Origin: Amphiscolops sp. MND2022
Taxonomy: Eukaryota
Reading direction: 5' to 3'
DNA length: 64,000 nucleotides
NCBI GenBank assembly: GCA_964187785.1
Contig: OZ076409.1
Coordinates: forward strand, 31,808,001-31,872,000
The notes under the pieces were generated by a model that worked only from the letters and a program-made list of their open reading frames with translations, was not told the origin of the DNA and made no database searches. Shown here piece after piece: positions 34,888 to 46,885 of this stretch (the stretch's first letter is position 1; each line of letters begins with the position of its first letter). Position numbers and translations under genes: made by a program.

Positions 34888-37800
34888 TTACTGAGCCGAG
34901 CTGCGGCGAGCTCGCTCCTTTGGGGCATCGTTAGAGGCTTCGGCATCTTCGGTTGCTACCGACGCTCTGCGTCGAGGAGAGACTATGGTGAGGGTGGCTT
35001 CCGAGTCAGATAGGTCCTCGGGGAGTGACAGCTCAGCAATCAGCTGCACCAAGGCGGCATCAGGGGTCAGCTCAGCTGCATGTTCTCCCGTCTGCGGCTG
35101 CTGCGACGACTGGGGTCTTGCCTGCGAGGATGGTGGACTAATGGGTTCGGGTTCCAAGACGTGAGTTGGCAGATCAATGGTAACGGGCTGGTTCAAGGAC
35201 ATGGCCATCGTTGGCGCTACCATGACAGGCGCGAACGCCTGTTGCCTCGCGATCTCCGCTCTGCTCTCCACTACCAACGAGACGCGTTTGGAGACCCAGC
35301 CAGGCTGGCTCCAGAGCTCGCAAGCTCGTTTCCAATTGGGGAAGCTGGCGATTTCCAGTTCTAGACAGTGTTCTTCCCACTCTGCACGTGCCTCGGGGCC
35401 CAGCACGGAATTAATTTCGTCGTGCAGCACGATCGACATGTCTCCTGACATCGTCATCTTGCCCTGGGGTTTCCATGCAGATCTCCTGGGGAAAGGGGTG
35501 ATGCGACACTGGAGATTCCTTTGTCGGATTTGGGCGGCTCCTTCGATCCAACCCGGGATTTGAGCCAATTCCACGCGCTGAATCTGCCGGTTGAAAATTT
35601 CAGGGGCACGTCCAACGGGCTTCGCTCTCGGCCATCCTAGTGGTTCCTTCCAGTACCGATTGGGAAGGCTGATGCTCTTGAAGCTATACAGAGGATCTAT
35701 GGGTGGGCCAGCACTAGTGCTGGCGCGAATTACCTTTCGAATAAAGTCCTGGCTCCAGGGGAATCTGAAGGGGACTCCGTCTAGGCTGAGGGGTGCGGAG
35801 TACCAGTTGATGGGGCCGTGCTCTCGCGGCAGAGGGCATGCCTTCCTTGTGCGGGCGCGCAAGAGACCCGTCAGATTTTCTTCTAACTGTGTTTCCGACT
35901 TCAAGGTGGTGTATCCATGCGGCATCTCGCCACTTAGTACAGCGTGCACCACTCGCGGGTAAGCTAATGAGGGGCGTCCCTGGAGATACGTGCAAAAGGA
36001 CGTCATATGCACTTGAACGGCGGTGGCTAGAGGCTTGGTGGGGTATCAGCACACGCCTATAGCGCCGAAGATGGGGGCCAACACGGGAGCCATGGCGGCC
36101 ACAAAGTCTTCCACCTCGGCCAGCGTCAGATCAGCAATTTGCTGTGGCATCGGAAATCCCGCTGTCTCCCGTGGGATTTGGCGGTCGGCATTGTGTAGGG
36201 GCTGGGACTGGTCTACGCCCACGAATAAGCCAGAGGCGAATACCAGAGTCGAGTATAGCCAGTGCTGGACGGACGCACGCATGCGTTCCAACTGGGCGGG
36301 TTAATCTTCCTGATCCTTGGAGGTCATTAGATGTCCCCAGCGGATTAGGCTACGGAGTTGCCCCTGTGCGATGACTAAATAGCTGTAGAAAGAGGTCAAG
36401 TCGCAAGAAATTACAATATCGACCAGCAGAGCTAGAGGGCCGGCCACGAACTTCGTCGGACCCATCGTTAGCGCGAGCGCTAGCACCTCTCCAACGGTGG
36501 CTTCTCCGATAGTTTCCAACAGCTTGTCGGCCTGTATGGTGGTGAGTGAGAATTCGGCTGTTACCACCTCGATGTTCCATCCCAGGCCAAGGCTGGTACA
36601 AAAGGCTTCTAAGGGACAGTTGAGCTCTCTAGCTAATTCTGCCAAGGTCCTGCTCACAAATCTCGTTTGATACCACTGGGCATACGTGGTGCCAACGGCG
36701 TCCACCTCGGTCTTTAAATTGGTTGCCTCGGCAGCTACAATGTGTCTTAGGCCTACGGGCAGCTTGACAGGCTCGATTCCCGCGGCAAAGTGAACCTGGG
36801 GAATGGTTCTTTCTACGGTACGTGCGGCAGGCCATGCTCCGATTTGCTTCACCAGTTCGGTCAGCTCCGTCCGCACGGGAATCTCTTTGTCCTTGCGCAC
36901 CAGCCAAATGTAGCGGCGGACAGCCTCACGTTCAATCACGTTGGATTCCCGCATGACGCGGTTGCCATCCAGATCGAAGGCCATTCGTCCCATATGCATG
37001 CCGTGATCGAAGAACACAGCATCGTCTATTGTCAGCTGTGCGTTTCCTGAATGTTCCACAGCGATCAACACTCTGGAAATGGCAGCAAAGAAAGCTGGAT
37101 AGGATAGTGCATCAGGGCGTAGATCTCCCCGGTCCACTCACAGGTTTGGGGCGTAGATAGCAAACTCGATTCTACGCGCCTTGCATACCTCCAGCAGGAC
37201 GTAGACAAATTGCTGCAGGCTTTGCGGCCAATACATGAATCCCGGAGGGGACACGAAGAGCGCTAGCGCTCCCAGGCGACCCGGAAGGATCCCTGCGGCA
37301 TGCTCCATCGCGTCAGCCACCACGTTCACTAGGGCTGCAGCATTTCCAGGTCGCCGGGTGTCAGTCATAATGGTGTCCAGCTCGCGTAGCAACCCTTCAC
37401 ACGCCATGTGGTCCAAAAGATTAGCGAAGATTACGCGCCGTGGAGGTGGCTCCTTCAATTACCCTCTCAGATTCGGGTCGTACATTGCTCCAACCATCTC
37501 GGCTACTTCAGCGAAGCGGGATAGGAGCATGGTCAACACCAACACGTCGGGCATTAAGTTGTCGATTGGTAAGTCGCTTTTGCAGGTGGAATCGACTGCC
37601 ATACAGTAGCGCGCGCGCTGCAAGGCAGCTTTCAGTAGGGGCTTCATAGAAATGATATTGCGGGCGTAGCGGGCATTTGCCTCCCATGTCTCGGCTGCTC
37701 GGAGCACAAACCGTGCAGGGAACTGTTCGGTGATGTTGTGCTGCAAAGGTGCCATGTAGTCGTTTGGTGTCGCTGGCAGTTGTTCTCGAGCACGTTGCTC

Positions 37801-39160
37801 CCAAGCCTGCTCGGTAATGTCCGCATCACGGGGGCGTAGCAGCCGTGTGACCTGCGCTGCTATCGTGGTTCGATTTACCTCCTTCTGGTCTGCGTCGGTG
37901 GGGGGGGGCGCTCTCTTCTTGATCGCATACATTTTGGCATACAAGTGTTCAGCAGCCATCCAGATCCTTTTGCAATCATTAGTCACTACTGAGCCGGACA
38001 CATCATCTGATGGAGGAAGGAAGGCTGGCGGGTGGGCTTCCTCTATGGCTTCAGGGGCTTCCAGAGAGATATCGGTGGTGGTGGTGCCCGAGGGCACAGA
38101 GCTCACCTCAGAGCCGGCCTCAGGAGTTCCGTATCGCTCGATGGCGTCCTCCATGGTCATTTGTGGCGCACCTCGGCCAAGGTGGCCTACACGATACAGA
38201 GGCCTAGCGATTACCACGCTTTTCATTTGGGGTCGAGGCACGTCGGCTCGCTTGTCCGGAGGGGGACGACTGGTTGGGCTTTCCGTCACCGAGCCAGTAT
38301 GTGCGTCACCGAGCCGGCATCCTCTCCGGTCGTTCGCTTTCGTCCTGCCTCTTCGCGGGACCCAACCATGGCACTTCCGCTTGGTCCAGCTGGGACTTCA
38401 ACGTCCATGGATGCTGTCTCTGCCAGAGAGGTGGGGGGAGGATTGCAGCCCGAGGGCTGAGCGTCAGCTTGCAGATAAGTGGCCAGACCAGGGATTCGTT
38501 GCTCCACAGCTCGGACAAAGTCAGAGGAATTGGGGTAATTGGCAACGGCCTGCAGCGCCACTATCACAGCTTGCTCACCTGTGCTTCGTTCAGCCAAATC
38601 TGGGTTCGGTACGGGTGGTAACCAGGACCCCGAGGGCTCCCGATCAGAGACTGGTGAATTAACCGAGGTTTGCAGCACCATATGCGGCGCCCTGTACGAT
38701 GCTCCAAAGGCAGGTGAGCCAGAATAAGTCAGTGTCATGGGTACTGGCTTTGGTATTGGGGGTGGTGGCAACGATGAAACATTAGCAGGCACCATGCACA
38801 ATGAAGCTTCTTGCTCGAATCTGGTGCCCTGGCTTGGACCATATATCGCGTGGTTCTCTCGTCCAAGAATTGATGAGTCAGGTCGTGTCCGTCCCAGGCG
38901 TTGTTGAGACCAGTTAGAGTGCGACGATAGCCAGCTACCTCCGTGACAATAGATAGGGATACGCCTGGCAGCGTTTGCATTGTCTCGAGCTGGGTGAGTA
39001 ATGCGGCCACGCCAGCTACGGCCACTGGTGAAAGACCGTTCCTCAGCCGTTCTTCCACGTGCTGGGCCTGATTGACCCTCTGCGCTCGCGCAGGAGAGTT
39101 CTGAGGCCTAGCACCGTGAGGCCCTGTTGTAGGCATTGAGTTGTTTGGATGGTATGCCAT
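34888..39160 (-). pseudogene. Extra ORF ('ORF3', ~1400 codons) in the env position; contains a possible SGNH-like domain; not Env-like
   Basis: Five track ORFs between 34888 and 38289 share one frame, separated by four single stops. Two upstream pieces (38286-38801, 38735-39160) join by frameshifts. No signal peptide or clear TM anchor seen. Confidence 0.8.
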
Positions 39161-39172
39161 TTACTCATAGGT

Positions 39173-39193
39173 CTAAAAAAGACTGTCGTTAGG
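39173..39193 (-). promoter_or_regulatory. Putative 3' splice acceptor for an ORF3 subgenomic mRNA
   Basis: Minus strand CCTAAC-gacag-TCTTTTTTAG, 12 nt upstream of the ORF3 ATG. Confidence 0.55.
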
Positions 39194-39431
39194 CTTACAA
39201 GGCGTGTTTGATGAGAACTCAAAGCTCGTCTCCCAGGTACAACAGAGTGACACCGGTTCCATAAGGGAACCGCAACAAAGTTAAGTTTAAATCGATCTAA
39301 CTAACAAGAACGAAAACAATATAAGGCAAAGACGTTACAAATTCATATCTCGGTGAGAGAGCTCAAGACTCTCTTGCGGGTGCAGCAATGATCAAAGGGA
39401 GGGGTAGCTAGGGGAAAGTAATGTAGTAAGG

Positions 39432-41830
39432 CTATTCCAGCCCTATACTCAATATCGACACGTACACGCGGTTGTGCAAGACCACTTGAATACCAGTCCC
39501 CTCAAACATGTTCGTCAAAGTGTGGTACAGATTGACCAACGAGAATGCGGGTCTCTCCGGATCCAGTATGGGCAAGTGGACCTTTGCTGATCTTTTGTCC
39601 GTTAGGCGCTGTATCAGGTGCGTCATACAACGCAAGTAGTTGTCAGTCAGCAGCGGTGCACGCTGATTTGCTCTGATTGTCAATAAATGAATACTTTGAT
39701 TGGGATAGGGGTTTATGTCAGGTGGGATGGTGAGAATCTAACCCACCTTAGGCCGTAGGGAGAATACGCTTTCTTTGCCGCACTCGCGCAGCACATACCG
39801 TAGGGCAGCTGAATTGGTGTTCAAGTCAGCGGGGCACGCTAACACTATGTCGCCCTCCGCTTGCAAAAAGTCGGTTATATCGTACGAAATATGTTCTGCC
39901 GAGTTAGGGTATAAAGCTCCCGGGTAGATAATCTCCCGTCCAGGCCCGTCATCAGCAGACAGGCACACCTGGGCGGAGCGCCCTCGAATTGCAGCCAGGT
40001 CCTGCCACACTGAGCATGGCATCGCTAGGTTATCGCTGCTGGCCTTGACCCACGTATCCAGGGTGCTTAGAGCGGCCTTTGGGGAGAGAGGAATCTCAAT
40101 CCTGTGAATCCACTCATCCAGCAGTCGGATTCGGGGATAGTTGGTGAAACAAGTGATGAATAGTTCCAACCACCATGCGAATTTTGCCTTGCCTCGATAC
40201 CAATCAACGATGTGGAAACAAAGTATCAGGTCCGCAGTGGTGAGGGTCCTTAGACCTTCTAGGCAGGACAACAAGTGCAGCGGTTCCACTATCGCCTCCA
40301 CTCGTGGAGCAGTAACCAGCAACCACCAGTGCGGCGCTGGGCTATACACTTTGCCGGGTTCCACCTGGACCCCGTACTTATCGCACAATAGATCGGCAGT
40401 GATGCACTGGGCCATTTGCACGGGCTCTCGTTCGAAGTTGAATGGTCCAAATGCAATGTTGCCGGGTACAGGAGGCATCACGGTGGCTAGGGTGAACTCT
40501 AGCCCCTTCCCATCGCTAGTCCACTCCTTGAATCTGGGACATGGGGCCTTTGTTACCCCAGGTGATGATAACTTTTCCAGAATGGTGTCCATTGGGTGGT
40601 CTCCAGACCGTTACAGGGAGGAATAAGTCTTCTCGGCTCTTACCATAAGGCGATACACCAGGTTTCCTTCCCGTTCCGGAGGAACTCCCCGGGCTCCAAT
40701 GGGAACCCTCCGGTTCTCATTTACAGCTAACAAGCAGACGCAATCTCGCAGCCCGCAGGTTCCACATTTATAGCGTGGCTGCCGGCCGCTTACTTCTCAG
40801 GTGGTATCTAGGAGCTTCCGAGGGCTCCGACAGAGCCTCTGCAGACCCTGGGGCTTCGGCTGCAACCTCGGCTGCAACTTCGACCGAAGATTCGACTTTC
40901 GTTGGCGTTTTTTTCTTCCTTGTTCTAGCCTTTGCTCGGACCAGCCGTTTCTTTTGCGCCTTGGGTGGTCTCCCCCTCCCCCTTTTGAGAGAAGGAGCGG
41001 TCCCCGCTCCGGGTAGCATTGCGGGAGCACTGGGCACGTTGGACTGATCGTCGCTTTCATTGCTGGCGGATTTCAAAGGAATTGGAGGAACGGCCGGCCA
41101 AATGGGGTAATTACTGAGAAAATCCGTCAATGATGGGCTCGTGAAAAGGGGAGCCGACGTTCCCGGCATCGACGACTGTTTCCCGGGAGATGATATTTGT
41201 GGTGACGGAGAGCGCGCGCGCTCATGGTCAGAGAATAGTTGAGGTAGGCGTTGAGTAGGCGAGATCACTTGGTCTGAAGAAAGTATGGGGACTTCAGGTG
41301 CCAGTTGGTCAGCATCGACAGGATCAGGTGGTACCGGCAACATGACATCAGATAATTCGTCGTCAGTGCCGGAAGTGGAATAGTCAAACTGCTGGTAGTG
41401 CATGCGCGAGCTTCCCGCGCGGAGCTTCGTACGCAAGCGAGTGTCCATCCAGTGGTGTCTTCGCGAAGGCAAAGATACATCTGATGCCTCTGAAAGCAGT
41501 TGTTCAGTCTTGTACGAAGGTAGTGATTTGTTATCATCGACTACGTCGACGGAACGATCGGGTTCAGGGTCCATGAGTACTACAACTTCAGCGCTGTACG
41601 CATGCGCTGCGGCGAGCTCGAGCGGTTCACTGTGGTGCGGTTTGAGGCGCTCGAAATGAAACTTTTGGCCAGTGTCGAGCACGTAGACACGACCGTCTTG
41701 AAAGACCTGTACCACCTTGTGTGGGCCCCGCCAAGCACGCATTAGCTTGGGGGAGCCTTTCTGCGGCACATAGCGGCAAAAACCCAGACGAGCTCTCCCG
41801 GCTGGTAAGCTCGTGCTTGAATAGCGCGAT
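39432..41830 (-). pseudogene. Extended C-terminal tail of Pol: AT-hook, Cys motif and two macrodomain-like (TARG1/OARD1-type) units
   Basis: WRGPHKV (GPY/F-like), KRGRGRPPK, CGTCGLRDCVC. Then AQCITADL...WLLVT...LSCLEGLR and LACPADL...PKVG*...IHLLTIR...VHLPIL...NMFEGTGIQVVLH. Pieces link by in-frame stops or frameshifts. Confidence 0.55.
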
Positions 41831-41836
41831 CATATT

Positions 41837-44800
41837 TCAATTTTTTTGCAGCTGATCTTGGTGCGTATTGCGTCGCACCAGGTCGTGAATCTCTTGTTGG
41901 CGAGCCAACACATGATCGACGTACGCCTCATGCGTATCGAAAGATTTAGCGGCGAACTCAGGGTATAGAAAGGTAAGGGGAATCGCCTTCTCAACGCCGC
42001 GGGTTAACAAATAGGGCGAGAAGCCAGTGGTGGCATGCCTTGTGGAATTGTAGGCACCCATGACCTCATCGAGATGCTGGTCCCAATCGCGCATGCAGCG
42101 CGAGAAGAAGACTCGCAACAAGGTTAGTAGGGTGCGGTTTTGGCTTTCTACCAAACCTTGAGTCCGTGGATGTCCTGCAGTGGAAGTTACTTTCGTGACG
42201 TGGGCTGCCTTTAAAAACTCGTTGGACACTTCGGCAGTCAGATTCGGAGCATTGTCCGACTGCATACGAGTAGGTGTGCCTTGACGGGCAAACCACTTCT
42301 GTAGCAGTAACCGAGACGTGGTTATGGCGTCATAGTCATGATGACTGCAGGGAACTGCCTCCGCAAACTTAGAGAAATGGTCGATTATGACCAAGATGAC
42401 GGTATTGTTGTTGTCAGAGGGGCAAATCTTCAGGTGGTCATACTGGACCAATTCGTTGAAATATCTGCTCTGGATGTTTTTTAGCTGGAATCGTACATCA
42501 CTAGGCTTATCGCGCACCTGCTGGCAGGTGAGGCATTGGCCAACATAGCGGCCAACACTCCGTCGGATACCAGGCCATGTGTGACGTTCTTGGATCCGAG
42601 CGACCACTTTCGAAAAGCCTTGGTGACCCATGGCATCGTGCGCACGGAACAAGATTTCGTGCTGGTACAATTGAGGCATGATGATCATGCACCGGCGTTC
42701 GTGCAGAGGGCGTTGGGTAGGGGAATATTGCACACAAAGGACACCATTTTTGTTGATAAACAGGAGGTCCTTTTTCTGACAAAAGTAGTTACGTTCGAAC
42801 TCACGCACGTTCTCAGGAAAGATATCGTGGTCTATGGGCTCGCATTGCACCAGTTTTTTTAGTGCCAGCACATGGACATCGCGGTTTTGGGCTAAGACGA
42901 AATCCTTGATCCCATGCACAGTGTGAGCATGTTCATGAAGCTTAGTGTCGATGTCTCGGAGAGCCATGATTGAGTCGCGTACACCCGAAGGAGTACTTTG
43001 CAGCGTGGCTGCAGTTGCCCCGTTACTGAATATACGGTGCGAGAAGGCACATTAACGGCATGGGTTGGTAGCAAGTAGTCCTTGCTAGCCTCATCCGTAA
43101 TGTCTATCCAGCCTTTATGGATAGTCTGGATAGAAGTCTTCATGCGGCTGTAGTACGGGAGGGGGCGGAGGCGGCAGAGGCGCCGCTAACGCCTTCGCCT
43201 GCCTGTCGCGCCGGTTCGCTCTCCGCGTACGGCGAAGCACGCGAAGCACTTGGTCAGGAGGTTTGGGCTCTAAGTTCTGCAAGTGCGCTGGTAGATCGGG
43301 GTGATTTGGGATTACTCGACCCTGATGGTCGAACCACGGGGCCGTAGGGAGCTTGTCAAATTCATCAGCTGAAAGGAAGTTCCAACGCTCACCTGCGGCT
43401 GGCAGCTGCGCAAGCTGCTTTTCTCGCCATCGATATTCATTGGTTCGTTTGCTCAGGCCATCAGCGTTGCGATGCTGAGTTCGTGGGCGGTGTTCCACAC
43501 GGAAGTGGTACTTGTCCAAGGTCATAATCCATCGGCCAATCAACGCTTGGCCTGTGGAGTAGGTTTTTAGCCAGGACAAGGCTTGGTTATCCAACCGCAG
43601 GGTGAATTTTCGAGGACAAAGGTAACTGTGGTTTTTCACAATAAAGTAGTAAGCTGCATACATTTCCAGCTTGTGGGCTCCGTACTTGGCTTGGGTGGTG
43701 GTGAGTTCCTTGCTACCATGGACTATTGGTCTTAGGCGTCTTTCACCTTGAGGACCCTGCCACTGGTGCAGGATGCCGGAGATGGCAACAGCGCTGGCGT
43801 CTGTGTCCAACACGAACTCTCCCTCGGAATCAGGCTGCGCAAGCGCGGTCGCCTCTATCAACGCTTTCTTGATCTCGTTGAACGCGTTTTGTCGTTCGGG
43901 GCCCCACATGAAAGTAACGTTCAGCCCAGTGACAGCGTGCAGGGGCGCGACCAGCTTGGCGTGCCAGGGGATGAACTCGCGATAGTAGTTGGCGAATCCC
44001 AAGAATCTCTGCATCTCCGTTTTGTTGCGGGGGATCTCCCAGTCGCGGAACTTGGCAACGGCTTTCGGGTCCAGCTTTACGCCTTCTGCAGAGACCACGC
44101 GTCCCAGGTACTTGATCTCTGATTTCATGAAGTCACACTTGGCTACGCGCATCTTGAAACCAGCCTCGCGGAGGCATTCAACGACCTCACGCAAGCGCGC
44201 CATGTGATCTTCGACGGTTTCGGTCGCGATCACGATGTCGTCGATATAGGCCATCACCATGCTGCCTTTGCGGTTAACGATCTTCCGTAGCGCTCGCGCT
44301 ATTGCTCGTTGGAAGGTAGCCGATGCATTGCACAGGCCAAATGGCATCCGCCTCCATTCAAACAGCCCTAACTTGCAGGCAAAAGCGGTCTTGTGGCGAT
44401 CCGCCTTTCGCACGGGAGTTTGCCAAAAGGCCCAGGCAAGGGCTATACTGGTATACCGCGCCAGGCTTTCGTCAATGCGGGGCAAAGGGTAGGCGTCCTT
44501 AATGGTCACCTCGTTTAACGGGCGGAAATCGCAGCAAAAGCGCAACTCCCTGTTTTTCTTTTTTACCATTACGATGCCACTCGCCCAAGGGAACAGCGAA
44601 GGCTGTATCTTTCCTAAGGCTAGCAGGTTTCGCACCTCTTGGTTGGCACGCTCAGCTTTTTCGGGGGACATCCTACGTGCACCTTCACGATGTGGCACAG
44701 CCCCATGCTCTAGCTCTACCGTGTGTTTAGCAATGGTGCAGCGACCGATGTCGGCCTTTTGTTTCATGAACAAATCATCGAATTCATTGAGAATATTTCC

Positions 44801-46885
44801 TAGAGACTCACAAGCGCTAGCGCCCCACAGGTTTTTGACTTCTTGTAACTGCGAGTCCGGCCCAGGAATTGGAGCCATTAGCTCCGGGTCAGTACGTTTA
44901 CGAATTTCGCGTTCCGAAAGTCCCGCCTCACTAGGATCTGATGAGGACAAAAACTCAAATTCTGATGAAGAAGTCAACTCAGAAGCAGTGGATAGATTCA
45001 TTTCACTGTACACTTTATAAACAAAATTTGCACGACTGTCGTCGGCTTCAGTTTCTTTGCTGGCCTTTGTAGGGGGTTCCAGGTTCTGGGGCACAGCCCG
45101 ATACACTAGTGTCACAGGCACTACGGTGCCCAGTTGCACTCCGCACCGCACACGCTGTGGGTTTCTGGTAAGGTTTATTAAACTCACGTACAATGTTCCT
45201 GTCTCACTGACAGTGGCCACGTTGTCCTCTAAAGAGATGACATTATGCAGTAAAGGATCAGACAATGATGCGTTAAGCGCCACGGTCCGAAAGATCAGTG
45301 GTTCAAGCGCGTCAGTGATGAGCTTTGCTCTTGTCACCGTGCGCTCGAAAGGTTGTAAGACCAAATCGCCATCCAAAGCAACCGGAGTGGCTAGCGAAGT
45401 GTCACCTACCTGTGTGTGGGCATGGTGCCAGACGGGCTTCACGGGTGCTCGCACCACAATCTTTATGGACTTGAGATCCACCAGGACCTGATAGGAGCGG
45501 AGGAAGTTCCGACCTAGCAGGAAGTCCTCTACGCCCATTGCATCGTCCACCACGACAAAGTTGGTTTCAAGCTCGTACCCTCCCAATTGGAAACGAACCT
45601 GCTCAGCCAAACCGAAAGTTTTGATTGTCTTCCCATTGGCAGCGTACAAGTCGACTTGATAGGGTTTCAGGACCTTGCCGGTCCGGGCTGCCACTCGATT
45701 GACGGCGGAGAACGTCAATATTGATACGCCGGAACCAGTGTCCACCAATCCACGTAGAGGGATGGGTGATGCATGGGGCACGACGAAAGAGACAACGAGC
45801 GACGCACGCTCGTCTATACGTGCTTCACCAGTTGGCTCTTGGTGGTTAATATTGTAGCACTTCAGTTCTTGAGGGCCCAAGCATAGGCCAGGTGGGAATA
45901 CATCCACCGCTACACAAGCCTCAAGCTTCACATCTACGCCGTCCATGGTCGCGCAGACGGGTACTGGGGAATACGTCGTCAGGGTTTCAGATTCTCCCGG
46001 GACGTACCATTCTCTGGGACGGGGCAACTCGACTCGCGTGTAGAGGATGGATAATTCAACCCAAAGATTCGCGAGGGTTAATGTTGGTCTGCGGACTTGT
46101 TCGGCGGCTAACATCAGGTGGATAGATATCAGCGTCCCTCCTTGTGGGTCGAACGTGGTAGGTTCTAAACAGGTTTGGACTTGCTTGGCACCGCAAGTGA
46201 TTGTCAGCGGGGTGTGGAATGCTGGCGGTTCTGCCGGATGCAGCATTAGTATACGATCGTCCTCTAGGGGTACCGTGTGTGCAGCGACACCGGCCGACTC
46301 TACTTCGGGCCATCTATTGTAGGTGGGTTCATCTCCAGTTTTCGGGACGTGGGAATGTTCGCCACACTGGAGATCAGCATAATCAAAGACTCCGCAGTTG
46401 GAGCATTGATGGATCCCGGGATAGCCATCCAAGACACCATCAGTCACGTCTTCGGCGGTGATTTTCACGCCTTCAGGCTCGGGGGCAGCTGGTGGTTTGC
46501 GAGCTTGGTCGCGATTGGGACAGTCTCGGGCAATATGCCCGGCTGGGCCACAATTAAAGCAGGCACCCATAGGTGGGCGTACGGCGGGTTGTGCCGCTGG
46601 TTGATTTGGTGGGGCGGCATTAGTCGCCGGCGGGGGATGTATCACTCCTTGAGGTAGCACCATCTTGTTTGGAGGTAGTGGTGCAAAGGGATGAGGTCTA
46701 GACCTCATAGCCAATCTAGGGTCATAGGGTTGTTGTGGGGGTTGCGTGGGTTTCGGGCGATTGCGCTGTAGTTGGCGGGTGGTGAAACGCAGGGAATCCA
46801 CCGTGGGCGGTTCGGTCATGAAGGCTTCCGAAGCGTACACAATGGCAAGCTCCCGCCCCAATACAGTATCCCGCACACCCTCCAT
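41837..46885 (-). pseudogene. pol: Gag C-terminus and Pol: Zn knuckle, aspartic protease, reverse transcriptase, RNase H, integrase (frameshifted)
   Basis: CFNCGPAGHIARDC; LVDTGS; RMPFGL.NA and YIDD; LDTDAS and NADGLS; HDAMGH...CLTC; IIDHFSKF, SDNA, GLVE. Confidence 0.95.
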
